DNA of 64,000 bases from Octopus sinensis (GCF_006345805.1 NC_042998.1:178808001-178872000), one strand, 5' to 3'. Positions 40,358-53,560 are shown, counted from the stretch's first letter. Numbers and translations: made by a program. Notes: generated by a model from the letters alone, not told the origin.

Positions 40358-40985
40358 TTGAGTAGAAATTGGTATTAAAAAATGGAGGAATTTAAAAAAA
40401 ACAATATATTCTTCCTGATTTGGACAATGATTCCTGAGGGCAATGATTTTGAGCTGAGAGGGGCTAGCCAAAACCATCAACTCCAGTATTTGCCTGGAAC
40501 CTTATTTTATCAATCTCAAATGGGATGAAAAGCAAAATTGGACTCAGACAGAAATTGAATTCAGAATGTAAAGGGTTATAAGAAACATAACATGACATTT
40601 AGTCCACCTTTAAAATGACAACATATAATTAACTCATAAGGTAATGAGAAACAAATATGTACATGGCTTTCCTCAATATTTTTTTCCCCTATGTTTCCTT
40701 GCTGGCATGGATTGGACAGTTTGACCAGCACTGATAAGATCCGGGGCCACATTAGGCTCTATTGTCTGTACAGGCAAGGTTTCTATGCTGGATGCCCTTC
40801 TTAATACCAATCGGTCTATAGAGTGCACCAGGTGTTTTCTATGTGGAACCAACAGGAGTGATTTTAATATGACGCCAGCTTAAGTGCTTTTTATGTGGCA
40901 ACAACACCAGTGTCAATTTGCTGTGGTGGATGAGTCTTCTTGAAAGGAAACTCCACAGTTTCCTTTATATATATATATATATATA

Positions 40986-41495
40986 TGTGAAGACCCGTTG
41001 AGGCAAGTGAGGATCAGAAATGGAAATTGATCAATGGAAATTGCAGATGTGTTACCAGTGCCGGTGGCATGTCGAAACTCTACTTGTGAAGACCCGTTGA
41101 GGCAAGTGAGGATCAGAATGGAAATCGATCAATGGAAATTGCAGATGTGTTACCAGTGCTGGTGGCATGTAAGAGAACCTTCCGTTTCGCGACCGCTGCC
41201 AGCACCGCCCCGTTTCGTGTCCGTTGCCAGCCTCGCCTGGCCCTTGTGCCGGTGGCACATAAAAAGCACCATCCGTTCGTGGCCGTTTGCCAGCTCTGTC
41301 TGGCACCTGTGCGGGTGGCACGTAAAAAGCACCCACTACACTCACGGAGTGGTTGGCGTTAGGAAGGGCATCCAGCCGTAGAAACACTGCCAGATTTGAC
41401 TGGGCCTGATGAAGCCTTCTGGCTTCACAGACCCCAGTAGAACCGTCCAACCCATGCTAGCATGGAAAACGGACGCTAAACGACGATGATGATGA
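40986..41495 (+). mobile_element. SINE-like repeat, (GAT)n-tail family, with a duplicated 5' module of about 100 bp
   Basis: GAAGACCCGTTGAGGCAAGTGAGGATCAGAA...GGTGGCATGT occurs twice, followed by the family core and tail. Confidence 0.85.
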
Positions 41496-41789
41496 TATAT
41501 ATCACTTTTTGTTTTTTATTTTCTACAGACATACAAAATCAGATCTCTTCAAGACTGCAGGTACAAAAAATTAACAAAACATGGTTTGTCAGTACTGGTG
41601 GGAAAGAGGATAGTAATTTAGCATAGAATATAACAAATTTCAATTTAAACATCAACCAAAACTAAGTTTGCATAAATTTGTTACGGGAAATATGTTTGTG
41701 CATATGTTAGTGTTTTACAAACTCAACTAGAAAATTTGTGCTATAAAACGTGTTCTTAGAAATCTTCTGGGCTGTAAGCTGTAATGTGT

Positions 41790-41905
41790 ACAAACAGAAA
41801 ATGGTCAAAGTGCAGAAACAAAAGATGTGGAGAAGGAAGATATGGAAACTGAAAGATCCTGCAGTTGGTAACAGGTTTAAAGAAATTCTAGAAATATTTG
41901 CACAG
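41790..41905 (+). pseudogene. Short RTE LINE fragment
   Basis: VQKQKMWRRKIWKLKDPAVGNRFKEILE, similar to the segment at 25660-25740. Confidence 0.55.
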
Positions 41906-42047
41906 TGGTAAGAAGCTTGCTTCCCAACCACATGGTTCCAGGTTCAGTCCCACTGCGTGGCACCTTGGGCAAGTATCTTCTACTTATAAACTCTGGCCGA
42001 CCAAAGCCTTGAGTGGATTTGGTAGACAGAAAGTGAAAGAAGCCCAT

Positions 42048-42079
<32 letters not shown>

Positions 42080-43660
42080 CTAGCAGAGATACCTGGCATT
42101 GCCCATGTTACATGAAATTGAAAAATTAGACTTTTCTTTTATATTTTCTCAAATGAACTGGAATACCTATGATTCGAATCTCATCAAAAATTGGAGATTA
42201 AGAATTTTAATGAGGGTTCTTCCCTCTTTACACACCCTAACAAAAATTCTAATCATGACACATTTATCCCATACTACTCATCTTTATGCCCAGATTCCAG
42301 ATTCCAAATCTTATAAAACCTATTCAAAGGTTTTTGCTCCTGAAAAATGGAGCACATGGAGCTCTAAAATGTGTGAGTAAAGGCTCCGATTTGGGGGAAT
42401 GGGTCTTAAAGTCAGCCAGAGAAGTTGAATTGTTGAGAATCTTTTTTAACTTGTGTTATATCTATTGTTCAAATTTCTTTGAAATCAGAAATATAAGAAT
42501 GTTCACTGGGTTTGTAAAAGAGAGCAAAGCTGCAGGAAACCAAAAGATGAATGATCACAATAAGCAGTTAGCAACCCTACCCTAGTCGTTAATACTCCCC
42601 AATGTAGGATTCCTCACCATACAGGTGACCAGCACAGCCGTAAGATGCATTACGGATCTATAGCAATTGGAAGGGTGTGACCCAACTCAAATAAACATTA
42701 ACAACTATGTGACTTGAGGGCTAAGGGGAAATGAATGTGTCACCTCTGGAGTTTGCCAATGATCACTACGCTGATAGGTAAATGAACAGAATAAATTTGC
42801 AATCTATAAATCTCTTTGAATGACCAATCACTCATCTGGAAAGGCCTTGAAATCAATGTTACCATCTGGGGACTATCTCTGACCCAGTGATAATAAAAAG
42901 ATTCAAAGGAGGTCTGCAACCAAATAACTTTACTCAAAATAACACTTTGCAACTGAATCAGTGAAGACAAAGATGCCTCTCCTTTACTGGACAATTTATG
43001 AACCACATTGCAGAGATCACAATCTATGTATATCTCAAAGCAAACTATTACACTGTTGTACCACTGAATTACAAATAACACTCATCTTGTATACTCTGAT
43101 GACTCTACAGCTTCCAAGACTACAATCGTATTCATCTTGGCTTAGGAAAAATGACTAAATTGTGGGGGTTAAGCCCCCATTAAGAGGTCTTACTAACTCC
43201 TAAGAAGTTGAAATTTTAGGAATATTACTTTATTAGTGTCTAATATCTATAGTTAAAATTTCATCAACAGCAAAAATATATGAATTGTCATGGGGGTTAT
43301 GGCCTCATTTATGCCCCCTCACTTTCAAATATATACTGCATTACATCTGTCCTATGCACAGAATATAATTTCGAAATTTCATAAAGATCCATTCAGTACT
43401 TTTGACCTAGTTTTGGATAATAAAAAATGACTAAAATTCGGGATTTAAGCCCCCCATTAAGGGGTCTTAGAATCCTCATGAGAATCGGAAACTTTGGGAA
43501 AACCTCTTGATGTGTATCAATTACCTATGGTTGAAATTTCATCAACATTGGAAATTTATGAATTTTCATGGGGGTTCTGCCCACTTTCAGCCACCACAAA
43601 TTCTAACCAAACATACTGCACTATACCTGCCCTTATGCATTGAATATACATATATACACA
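42080..43660 (-). mobile_element. Helitron-like non-autonomous element (related partial copies at about 48101-48660 and 49883-50440)
   Basis: The left end reads GGGCAATGCCAGGTATCTCTGCTAG on the minus strand (hairpin remnant + CTAG) after an A. 42080-42660 aligns with 48101-48660. The right boundary is uncertain. Confidence 0.5.
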
Positions 43661-43671
43661 TAATATGTATA

Positions 43672-43705
<34 letters not shown>

Positions 43706-43727
43706 CATACATGATATATGTATATAT

Positions 43728-43974
43728 CAGCCTCGTCTGGCACCTGTGTCGGTGGCACATAAAAAACACCATCCGAGCGTGGCCGTTCGCCAGCCTCGTC
43801 TGGCACCTGTGTCGGTTGCACATAAAATCACCCACTACACTCTCGGAGTGGTTGGCGTTAGGAAGGGCATCCAGCTGTAGAAACTCTGCCAGATCTGACC
43901 CCAGTTGAACCGCCCAACCCATGCTAGCATGGAAAGCGGATGTTAAACGATGATGATAATGATGATGATGATGA

Positions 43975-43975
<1 letters not shown>
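43728..43975 (+). mobile_element. SINE-like repeat, (GAT)n-tail family
   Basis: Family core and tail. Confidence 0.85.
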
Positions 43976-44020
<45 letters not shown>

Positions 44021-44169
44021 GTATATATATATATATATATATACATAATATATGTATGTGTATATGTATATATATACGTATATAAGTTCAGTAAAATTTA
44101 GATTCAGATGAATATGGTACTTAAGTTGAAGGCACCAGAATTTAGTATGGTATTATCCATATAATTTTA

Positions 44170-46620
44170 AATAAGGTGATTATAAGCTGTACTCAGACCA
44201 ACTAGGGCAAATGACATGCTGGATCTCTGCTTCATGAACAATATGGACATCATTCATGATGTGAAAGTGACGCCGACATAAGTCTTGGATCACAACATAA
44301 TAGAGCTGTCTATGTTTGGACCAAAAGTAGCCAGAGACATACAGCCCAAAGAACACAAAATCTCTGCAATCTGAACTTAAACAAAGCAGACTCGAAATCG
44401 ATCCAAAAAGATATCCTCAGAGAAGTGTGGCCGAAATGCCTCTCCACACCAGACATTGACATGAAACTAGAATGATTCATGTCTGTTGTGCAAGCCATAT
44501 GCTAGATATATGTCCCAGAGCACAAGGCCAAAACAAATAGGAACAAGATTCCAAGGCAGAGGAAGATCCTCATGAGACAACAGACAAAGGTTGCAAATTG
44601 ACTCAACCAACATCCCAAAAGTAGCAAAAGGTTCCGCCTAAAAACACTGATGGAGATTGAAAAAAGGCTGCAACAATCCTATGTGACGAAGAGAGCAGAC
44701 AAAGAAGCCTGGGTTATAAAAAAACATTAAGTCAAACCCAAAGGCCTTCTTTCATTACGAGAAAGAAACAGCCTGAGTACGCTGCAAGATAGGACCCCTC
44801 TTCCAAAAGGATGGCTTCCTCACAGACAGTCCAACTAGGATCAGTGAGGTACTGAATGACCAATTCAAATGTGTCTTTACTACCCCATTGGAACACAGAC
44901 AAGTGAACGAACCAGTGGTTCGTATATATTATATATAAATATATGTCCAACCCATGCTAGCATGGAAAATGGACGTTAAATGATGATGATGATATATATT
45001 ATGTGAACGAATCAGTGGACTTCTTTGCTGCCTAACCTATAACCAGCAAGAGAGTTACAATAGAATACATTGACATTAGCAAAGAAGATATACTACTAGC
45101 CATAGTTGAGGTGGACTCAAGCTCAACTGTTTGTCCTGATGGTTTCCCAGCAATCCTCCTCAAATCATGTAAGCCTACCCTGGCAAAACCCAACCAGATT
45201 CTCTTCCAGAGCTTTCTTGCAAATGGCAGACCGCAAGAAAGTTGAAGGAGGGAATAATATGCCCAATCCATAAAGGGACAAGCAGAGCAGATGCCAAAAA
45301 CGATAGGCCTATCTCTCTGACTTCAAACCTCAGCAAAATCATGGAACGGATAGTCAGAGAGAAACTAATCGCATTCCTTCAAGAAAATAATTGGCTGAGT
45401 GATACCCAACTCTTACAACATTATCACTGGGCATTGAGGCAGTTACTCAACAAATCAAATGTGGACGTAATATACCTTGATTTTGCAAAAGCTTTTGACA
45501 AGGTGGATCATGGTATGATATGCCACAAACTGCGTGATCTCAGCATAGCTGGAAAACTTGGAGAGTAGACTTTCTGAAAGATAGAAGTCAAGCAGTAGTG
45601 GCCAATGGAACCACCTCAATGAAAACACAAATAGTGAGCGGTGTTCCACAGGGCACTGTCCTGGGACCACTGCTTTTCATAGTGACCATCTCAGATATGC
45701 CCTCAAGTGCCTGGATAGCCACCCTTGGTAGCTATGCAAATGGTATTAAAGTCTTGCAGAAAATACAGAAACCCAGCAATGTTGCACATCTGCAGCAGGA
45801 GTTGAACTCAATTTACAGATAGGCTGAGTATAATAATATGCATTTTAATGCTGAAAAATTCCAAGCCCTGTGCTACCAGCATCCAAAACTGAATATGAAA
45901 CTTACAGGGTACACCGATCCACAGGGAATTTCAATCCCAGAGCCTAAATCAGTGGGGAACAAGGGTATCGACATGAGTGATGATACCTCTTTCCAAGTGA
46001 ACATCAGCAGGATGGTGAGAAAGTAAGACGACTGGCTGGATGGATCCTGAGAACATTCAGAACCAGAGATAAGGAAACCATGATGGTCCTCTGGCGGACA
46101 TTCGTCCTCAGCCACCTGGATTACTGCTCACAGCTATGGTCACCCACCAGTGTAAAATTAACAGCGGACCTTGAAGCAATCACAAAAATGATCGTCTCTT
46201 TGCAACAGCTCAGCTGCTGGGAAAGGCTGAAACAGCTAAGACTCTACTCCCTGGAGAGAAGACGGGAGAGGTATGCAATAATATACATCTGGTAGATCCT
46301 GGAAGGAATTGTGCCAAATTTTGGCATTGAAAGCTACACCAATGCCAGAACGGATCAACACTGCACAATGCAATCGCGCTTCAGGACCAGCTACTGTAAC
46401 AGCCTGGGTTTCAGGGGCCACAGCATTTTAATATCCTGCCAAAGAGCCTGAGGAACCTGCACAAAGTAGATGTAGGCGTTTTTTTAAATCAAGGCTGGAA
46501 CTCTTCCTGTAGAGATTCCCAGATGAACCTACCTCACGGCAAGAGGTATAAATGAAGGTAGCTATATCAAACTCCATTCTACACCAAGTGCCACATATTA
46601 GAGGAGGATCTCAGTAATAA
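44170..46620 (+). pseudogene. Decayed CR1-like LINE ORF2 (end of APE domain + RT + 3' end), interrupted by a SINE tail at about 44945-44995
   Basis: LDLCFMNN..IHDV; KEGIICPIHKG...DRPISLTSNLSKIMERIV; VDVIYLDFAKAFDKVDH; SGVPQGTVLGPLLFIV; YANGIK (decayed YADD); FVLSHLDYCSQLWSP; LYSLERRRERY. Confidence 0.92.
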
Positions 46621-46703
46621 AAGTGTAGCAAAACAGCAGTGCTCCAGCATGGCTATAGTTCTGAGCCAAAACTAGAAAAAAAACAATATATATCTATATA
46701 TAT

Positions 46704-47140
46704 AGGTGCAGGAGTGGCTGTGTGGTAAGTAGCTTGCTTACCAACCACATGGTTCCGGGTTCAGTCCCACTGCGTGGCATCTTGGGCAAATGTCTTCTGC
46801 TATAGCCCCGGGCCGACCAATGCCTTGTGAGTGGATTTGGTAGACGGAAACTGAAAGAAGCCTGTCATATATATGTATATATATATATATATATAAATAT
46901 ATATATATGTGTGTATGTGTGTGTGTGTTTGTGTATGTGTGTTTGTCCCGCTAGCATTGCTTGAGAACCGATGCTGGTGTGTTTATGTCCCAGTCACTTA
47001 GCGGTTCGGCAAAAAGAGACCGATAGAATAAGTACTGGGCTTACAAAGAATAAGTCCCGGGGTCGATTTGCTCGACTAAAGGTGGTGCTCCAGCATGGCC
47101 ACAGTCAAATGACTGAAACAAGTAAAAGAGTAAAAGAGTA
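46704..47140 (+). mobile_element. tRNA-derived SINE, well preserved
   Basis: A-box-like TGGCTGTGTGG, B-box-like GGTTCAGTCC, an internal (TA)/(TG) microsatellite and the tail GTAAAAGAGTAAAAGAGTA. Confidence 0.85.
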
Positions 47141-50100
47141 TATATACTGTAAATATATATGTGACAATTATTCGGTAGCCATAAAACTCCAAGTTTCGGA
47201 TGTCGAGGCAGAAACCCATGCTGCCATCTCTTCAGTTATGCGGTCATTGAAAAAAAAGCTATGAAAACGACTGTTAAACAAAGGGAAATTACTCTGTGAT
47301 TGACTGTTATTAAGACAAAAGAGCTATTAGAATGACCGCTAAGTAAGGGGAGGGAGTAAAGGTAAGAGAGTAAAAATGTTCATAGTATTCGCATGAGCAC
47401 GCATGTCCATACCTACACATGCACACCCACACACACACACGTACATGTGCTTATAAGTATATACTCATCGACCCTCACATGAAACACACACATGCTCACC
47501 CACACATTCGCGAAACAATATATACATACCTGCATACATGCTCACACACAGACACACGTGCACAAAAAAGGTTCATGCACACATCTATATGTGGACATGC
47601 ACAAGAAAAAATAGGGCTAAAGGCAAAATACAGAAAATATAGCTAGAGGCGATGGCCTCTTGGAGCTAATCAACGGCAGGTTTCTTCCTATATTTATGGA
47701 CTGCCATATTAGCTTGGCGATAACTGTTAATATCCAGTACCGCTGCTGTAGTGTCCTTTAAAGAGACTTAGAAATAATAATATTTCTATTTTTGAAAACC
47801 AGAGGATGTATTCCACTGAAGTTAGGTAAATAATCCTTCGAACAGACAGTCAGCAGCGACATCTGCTAAGTTTGGCTACTCTGCATTGATAAAGGGCAAA
47901 TACCCAGAAACATGTCTGCAGGTGCCTGACCAGCAAGGGGAAGCGGCTGACCTCCCCTGTTCGAAGGTTATTACGGACACAGGTTTGTGTGTCATATAGC
48001 TAGCTAGAAGCGATGAACTCTTGGAGCTAATCACCGGCAGCTTTCTTCCTATATTTATGGACTGCCATATTAGCTTGGCGATAACTGTTAATATATATAT
48101 ACTAACAGAGATACCTGAGGTTACCTGTGTTACATTCAACTGAAGAATTAGACTTTTCTCTTATATTTTCTGTAATGAACTGGAATATCTGTTTCGAATT
48201 TCATCAAAATTGCAGATGAGGGTTATTTCCCTCTTTACACGCCCTAAAAAAATTGTAATCGTGCCACATGCATCTCAAACTACTGATTTTTATGCGCATA
48301 GTCCAAAATTCCAGTTTTAGTGAACCTGTTAAAAGGATATTGCACCTGAAAAATGAAGGTCATGGAGCTCTAAAATGTGAGAGTTAAGGCCCCTGTTGGG
48401 TGTGGGCATTGTAATGTCAACCAGAGAAGTTGAATTGTTGAGAATCTTTTTACCTTGGCTCTTATATCTATTGTTTGAATTTCTTTGAAATAGGAAATAT
48501 ATGTTCATTGGGTTTGTAAAAGAGAGCAAAGCTATAGAAACCAAAAGACGAATGATCACAATAAGCAGTCAGCTACCCTACCCTAGTCATTACCACTCCC
48601 AATGTAGGATTCTTCACCATCCAGGTGACAAGTACAGCCGTAAGATGCATTACGAAATCCATATATCCATATATATAAATATATATATATGTGTGTATGT
48701 GTGTGTGTGTTTGTGTATGTGTGTTTGTCCCGCTAGCATTGCTTGAGAACCGATGCTGGTGTGTTTATGTCCCAGTCACTTAGCGGTTCGGCAAAAAGAG
48801 ACCGATAGAATAAGTACTGGGCTTACAAAGAATAAGTCCCGGGGTCGATTTGCTCGACTAAAGGTGGTGCTCCAGCATGGCCACAGTCAAATGACTGAAA
48901 CAAGTAAAAGAGTAAAAGAGTATATATACTGTAAATATAATATGTGACAATTATTCGGTAGCCATAAAACTCCAAGTTTCGGATGTCGAGGCAGAAACCC
49001 ATGCTGCCATCTCTTCAGTTATGCGGTCATTGAAAAAAAAGCTATGAAAACGACTGTTAAACAAAGGGAAATTACTCTGTGATTGACTGTTATTAAGACA
49101 AAAGAGCTATTAGAATGACCGCTAAGTAAGGGGAGGGAGTAAAGGTAAGAGAGTAAAAAGTTCATAGTATTCGCATGAGCACGCATGTCCATACCTACAC
49201 ATGCACACCCACACACACACACGTACATGTGCTTATAAGTATATACTCATCGACCCTCACATGAAACACACACATGCTCACCCACACATTCGCGAAACAA
49301 TATATACATACCTGCATACATGCTCACACACAGACACACGTGCACAAAAAAGGTTCATGCACACATCTATATGTGGACATGCACAAGAAAAAATAGGGCT
49401 AAAGGCAAAATACAGAAAATATAGCTAGAGGCGATGGCCTCTTGGAGCTAATCAACGGCAGGTTTCTTCCTATATTTATGGACTGCCATATTAGCTTGGC
49501 GATAACTGTTAATATCCAGTACCGCTGCTGTAGTGTCCTTTAAAGAGACTTAGAAATAATAATATTTCTATTTTTGAAAACCAGAGGATGTATTCCACTG
49601 AAGTTAGGTAAATAATCCTTCGAACAGACAGTCAGCAGCGACATCTGCTAAGTTTGGCTACTCTGCATTGATAAAGGGCAAATACCCAGAAACATGTCTG
49701 CAGGTGCCTGACCAGCAAGGGGAAGCGGCTGACCTCCCCTGTTCGAAGGTTATTACGGACACAGGTTTGTGTGTCATATAGCTAGCTAGAAGCGATGAAC
49801 TCTTGGAGCTAATCACCGGCAGCTTTCTTCCTATATTTATGGACTGCCATATTAGCTTGGCGATAACTGTTAATATATATATACTAACAGAGATACCTGA
49901 GGTTACCTGTGTTACATTCAACTGAAGAATTAGACTTTTCTCTTATATTTTCTGTAATGAACTGGAATATCTGTTTCGAATTCATCAAAATTGCAGATGA
50001 GGGTTATTTCCCTCTTTACACGCCCTAAAAAAATTGTAATCGTGCCACATGCATCTCAAACTACTGATTTTTATGCGCATAGTCCAAAATTCCAGTTTTA

Positions 50101-50449
50101 GTGAACCTGTTAAAAGGATATTGCACCTGAAAAATGAAGGTCATGGAGCTCTAAAATGTGAGAGTTAAGGCCCCTGTTGGGTGTGGGCATTGTAATGTCA
50201 ACCAGAGAAGTTGAATTGTTGAGAATCTTTTTACCTTGGCTCTTATATCTATTGTTTGAATTTCTTTGAAATAGGAAATATATGTTCATTGGGTTTGTAA
50301 AAGAGAGCAAAGCTATAGAAACCAAAAGACGAATGATCACAATAAGCAGTCAGCTACCCTACCCTAGTCATTACCACTCCCAATGTAGGATTCTTCACCA
50401 TCCAGGTGACAAGTACAGCCGTAAGATGCATTACGAAATCCATATATCC
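46887..50449 (+). repeat. Near-identical tandem duplication, 2 x about 1.78 kb (46887-48668 and 48669-50449)
   Basis: Identical ORF pairs offset by 1782 or 1781 bp. I found only three 1-bp indels. Confidence 0.95.
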
Positions 50450-50483
<34 letters not shown>

Positions 50484-51010
50484 TTATACACACACACACA
50501 CAAATATAAATTGATAGATACAACTGAGTGGGCAAACAAAAATATGAGACCCTGGCTAGTGGGGTTTTTTTATTTTGATAAGCCTGGTACTTATTCTATC
50601 AGTTTCTTCTTGTAAAATCAGTAAGTTATGGGGATGTAAATAAACGGACACCAGTTGTGAAGCAGTGATGAGGGAGAAACACAAAGACACACACATAGAC
50701 TTACATATATACATACATATATATACAATTGATTTCTTTCAGTTTCTGTCTACAAAATTCACTGACAAGGCTTTGGTTGGTCTGAGGCTATAGCAGAAGA
50801 CGCATGCCAAGTTACCACACAGTGGGTCTGAACTCAGGACCATGTTTTGGAACCAAGTTTGTTACCACACAGTCACACCTGCACCTATGTATATGCGTGT
50901 GTGTGTATATATGTATGCTTGTATATATATATGTGTGTACATATTACATGTACATTTATTTATATATATATACATCTACACATACATGTATACATATACA
51001 TGTATATATA

Positions 51011-51420
51011 TATACAAAATTTAGAGGACTGCTAGATATAGACGTCAAAATCGCCAAGGGCTGTCTACTTTTAGTGGTCAGTCCTCTAAATTTTGTATAT
51101 ATATAAAATTAAATAAGGGTAGAAATTGATATTAATCAATTAAAATCAGTGGTCTAGCATATTTTTAAAAAATCCGAAGATTAAAAATTTGGAGGACTGA
51201 CCACTAAAAGTAGACAGTCCTTATGTTCTTGAGAACACATTCTTCGTAGAAAACGGCAATTTTGACATCTATATCTAGCATAAGGGCTGTCTACTTTTAG
51301 TGGTCAGTCCCCTAAATTTTGCATGTAAAAAAATTTTTAATCGGCGGATTTTTTTAAAATATACTAGACCATTGGTTTTAATTGATTAATATCAATTTCT
51401 ACCCTCATTTAATTATATAT
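51011..51420. repeat. Nested inverted-repeat structure between (TA)n tracts
   Basis: 51011-51031 pairs perfectly with 51079-51099, and about 51110-51185 is inverted relative to about 51330-51408. The (G/A)CTGTCTACTTTTAGTGGTCAGTCC block occurs in +, -, + orientation. Confidence 0.8.
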
Positions 51421-51889
51421 ATATATATATATATACATCTATATGTATACATCTATATATGTATATATATACATGTAAATTTAAATTTAAAATAAGGGTG
51501 AAAAATTGAATATAAATTTGATTAGTATGAATTTAAAACCAGTGGTGTAGCATATAAGACCATAGCGGATCTTCTAGCAGAATGGATGTCCAGTTACAGT
51601 TCATCCCTGTTATATAATAGTTTCACTTTAATTAATAGTTTCAGTATTAAAGTGAAAGTATCTGACATTACAATAGCGAGATTTTTTTCTTTCACTTTTG
51701 ATATGTAATGCTGAAATAGTGGAGAAGATATATTGCTGTGGGCTTGCCCTAGGCAAGAAGTTAAAAAACTTTTTTGCCCATGACACTACATGGACCCTAA
51801 ATAAGGCATGTGTAAAATTTGGATGAAATTGGTTGTGTAGTTCTCAAGTTTTAGGGATTCACACAGATAGACACACACACACATTCTCA

Positions 51890-51964
<75 letters not shown>

Positions 51965-52007
51965 TATACATAATAGGCATATATGTATATATATACATAA
52001 TAAATAA

Positions 52008-52040
<33 letters not shown>

Positions 52041-52134
52041 ACACACACATACATACATATTTTTTTTTCCTCTCTAGTTTCAGCTCAGAGCTGCAGCCAA
52101 GCTGATGCACCACCATTTTGCTACACTGTTATTA

Positions 52135-52300
52135 CTAAGAGCCTCCTCTATGTGGTACTTGGTGAAGAATGGAGTTTGATATAGCTACCCTCATTTGCAC
52201 CTCTTGCCATGAGGTAGGTTCATCTGGGACTCTCGACAGGATGAGGTCCAGCTTTGATTTAAAAACCCCTACATCTACCTTGTCAGTGTGCGGGATCACT
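52135..52300 (-). pseudogene. CR1-like LINE 3' end fragment
   Basis: KVDVGVFKSKLDLILSRVPDEPT...NSILHQVPH, homologous to 46460-46610. Confidence 0.8.
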
Positions 52301-52304
52301 GCTA

Positions 52305-52711
52305 GAGCAGCTGTCTGGCTTCTGTTCCGGTGGCACGTAAAAAGCACCATTTGAGCATGATCGTTACCAGCGTTGTCTTACTGGCACTTGTGCCGGTGGC
52401 ACATGAACAAAACATTCGAGCGAGGTCATTGCCAGTGCCGCTGGACTGACTCTTGTGCAGGTGGCGTGTAAAAAACACCATTTGAGCGTGGCCGTTGCCA
52501 GTACCGCCAGACTTGCCCTCATGCCAGTGGCACGTAAAAAGCACCCACTACACTCTCGGAGTGGTTGGCATTAGGAAGGGCATCCAGCTGTAGAAATTCC
52601 GCCACATGACATTGGAGCCTGGTGCAGCCATCTGGTTTACCAGTCCTCAATCAAATTTTCCAACCCATGCTAGCATGGAAAGCAGACATTAAATGATGAT
52701 GATGATGATTC
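52305..52711 (+). mobile_element. SINE-like repeat, (GAT)n-tail family
   Basis: Modular 5' region, core and GAT tail. Confidence 0.85.
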
Positions 52712-53139
52712 ATGGATTGTTTTATTAACTGAGTGTAGGCATGGTTGTGTGGTTAAGAAGTTTGCTCGAAACCACATGGTTTTGGGTTCAGCCCCACTGA
52801 ATCTGAAGTGTTCAAAAAGCAAGCATCTTCTGCTAATAACCCTGGGATGACTAAAGCCTTCTGAGTGGATTTGGTAGACAGAAACTGAAAGAAGCCTATC
52901 GTGTGTGTAAGCGTTGTGTGTGTGTTGGTGTCTCTTTGTCTTGACATCATGCAAACATTATAAACAAGTGTTACTGCCATACAAGCAGGGCCCATCATTT
53001 CTAGTCTTCCATAGAAACGTTTGGTTATGGGAAAATATTACCGTGTTTGGAAACGGATGAGGGTTGAAACAAGAGCTTCTAGCAGGAGTAAAACTGCCTC
53101 AATGAATTCTGTCTGAATCATGAAAAAGTGGAAGTGATG

Positions 53140-53560
53140 GAGATGATGATGCATGAGATAAACCTAATTATTAAGCGAGCCCTAACCAAGATAAAATATC
53201 CCTTCAATAAGCTATAGGGATTACTCTCCAGCTAAAGGCAAGATACCTCACATGGGATGCTACTGTTAGAAACTCTATTACCATACGCAAAGTACAGTGG
53301 ACATGAGAGGTTACTGCATCCGTAATTAAAGAGAATAAGATACTGAAATGTCATATTTTGTTGCTAAATTACATTTTCCAACCTATGGAATTTGTGATGT
53401 TCTAGGGAGCAAAGCCACTGACAATGAAGTTTGTGTCGTTATTGAAACATCAGGTGATGCTTGCGAGCATGATTGACTGTCCTAGAATCTCACTCAGCAT
53501 CACAATCACTTGTGGAGTGCCCAGAGTGTTTGGGGTTGCTCATTAAGGGGATCAACAGTA
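53140..53560 (+). pseudogene. Heavily decayed C-terminus of an RLE-type (CRE-like) non-LTR retrotransposon
   Basis: Fragments DEINLIIKRAL, TWDATV.NS, NYIFQP and a frameshifted LGVA..G resemble the N.IIKRAL...WD.TV...Y.F.P.A.ET.G...QR.S.A.QRGN pattern (from recall). Confidence 0.5.

Noticed and set aside
42740-43081. 113-aa ORF as a gene fragment captured by a Helitron
   Set aside because: No recognisable domain in the frames I examined, and the element boundaries are uncertain.
46704-46790. tRNA gene
   Set aside because: A/B-box-like motifs continue into a repeat body present in many copies. I could not fold a cloverleaf, so this is a SINE head.
47816-47850. Hammerhead-like CTGAAG...CGAAC in the direct-repeat unit
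   Set aside because: The core deviates at A9 and at GAAA, and the stems are weak.
51225-51260. Possible decayed hammerhead on the minus strand (AGAA-TGTG-TTCT hairpin)
   Set aside because: Both core segments are corrupted and there is no stem I, so it cannot be supported.
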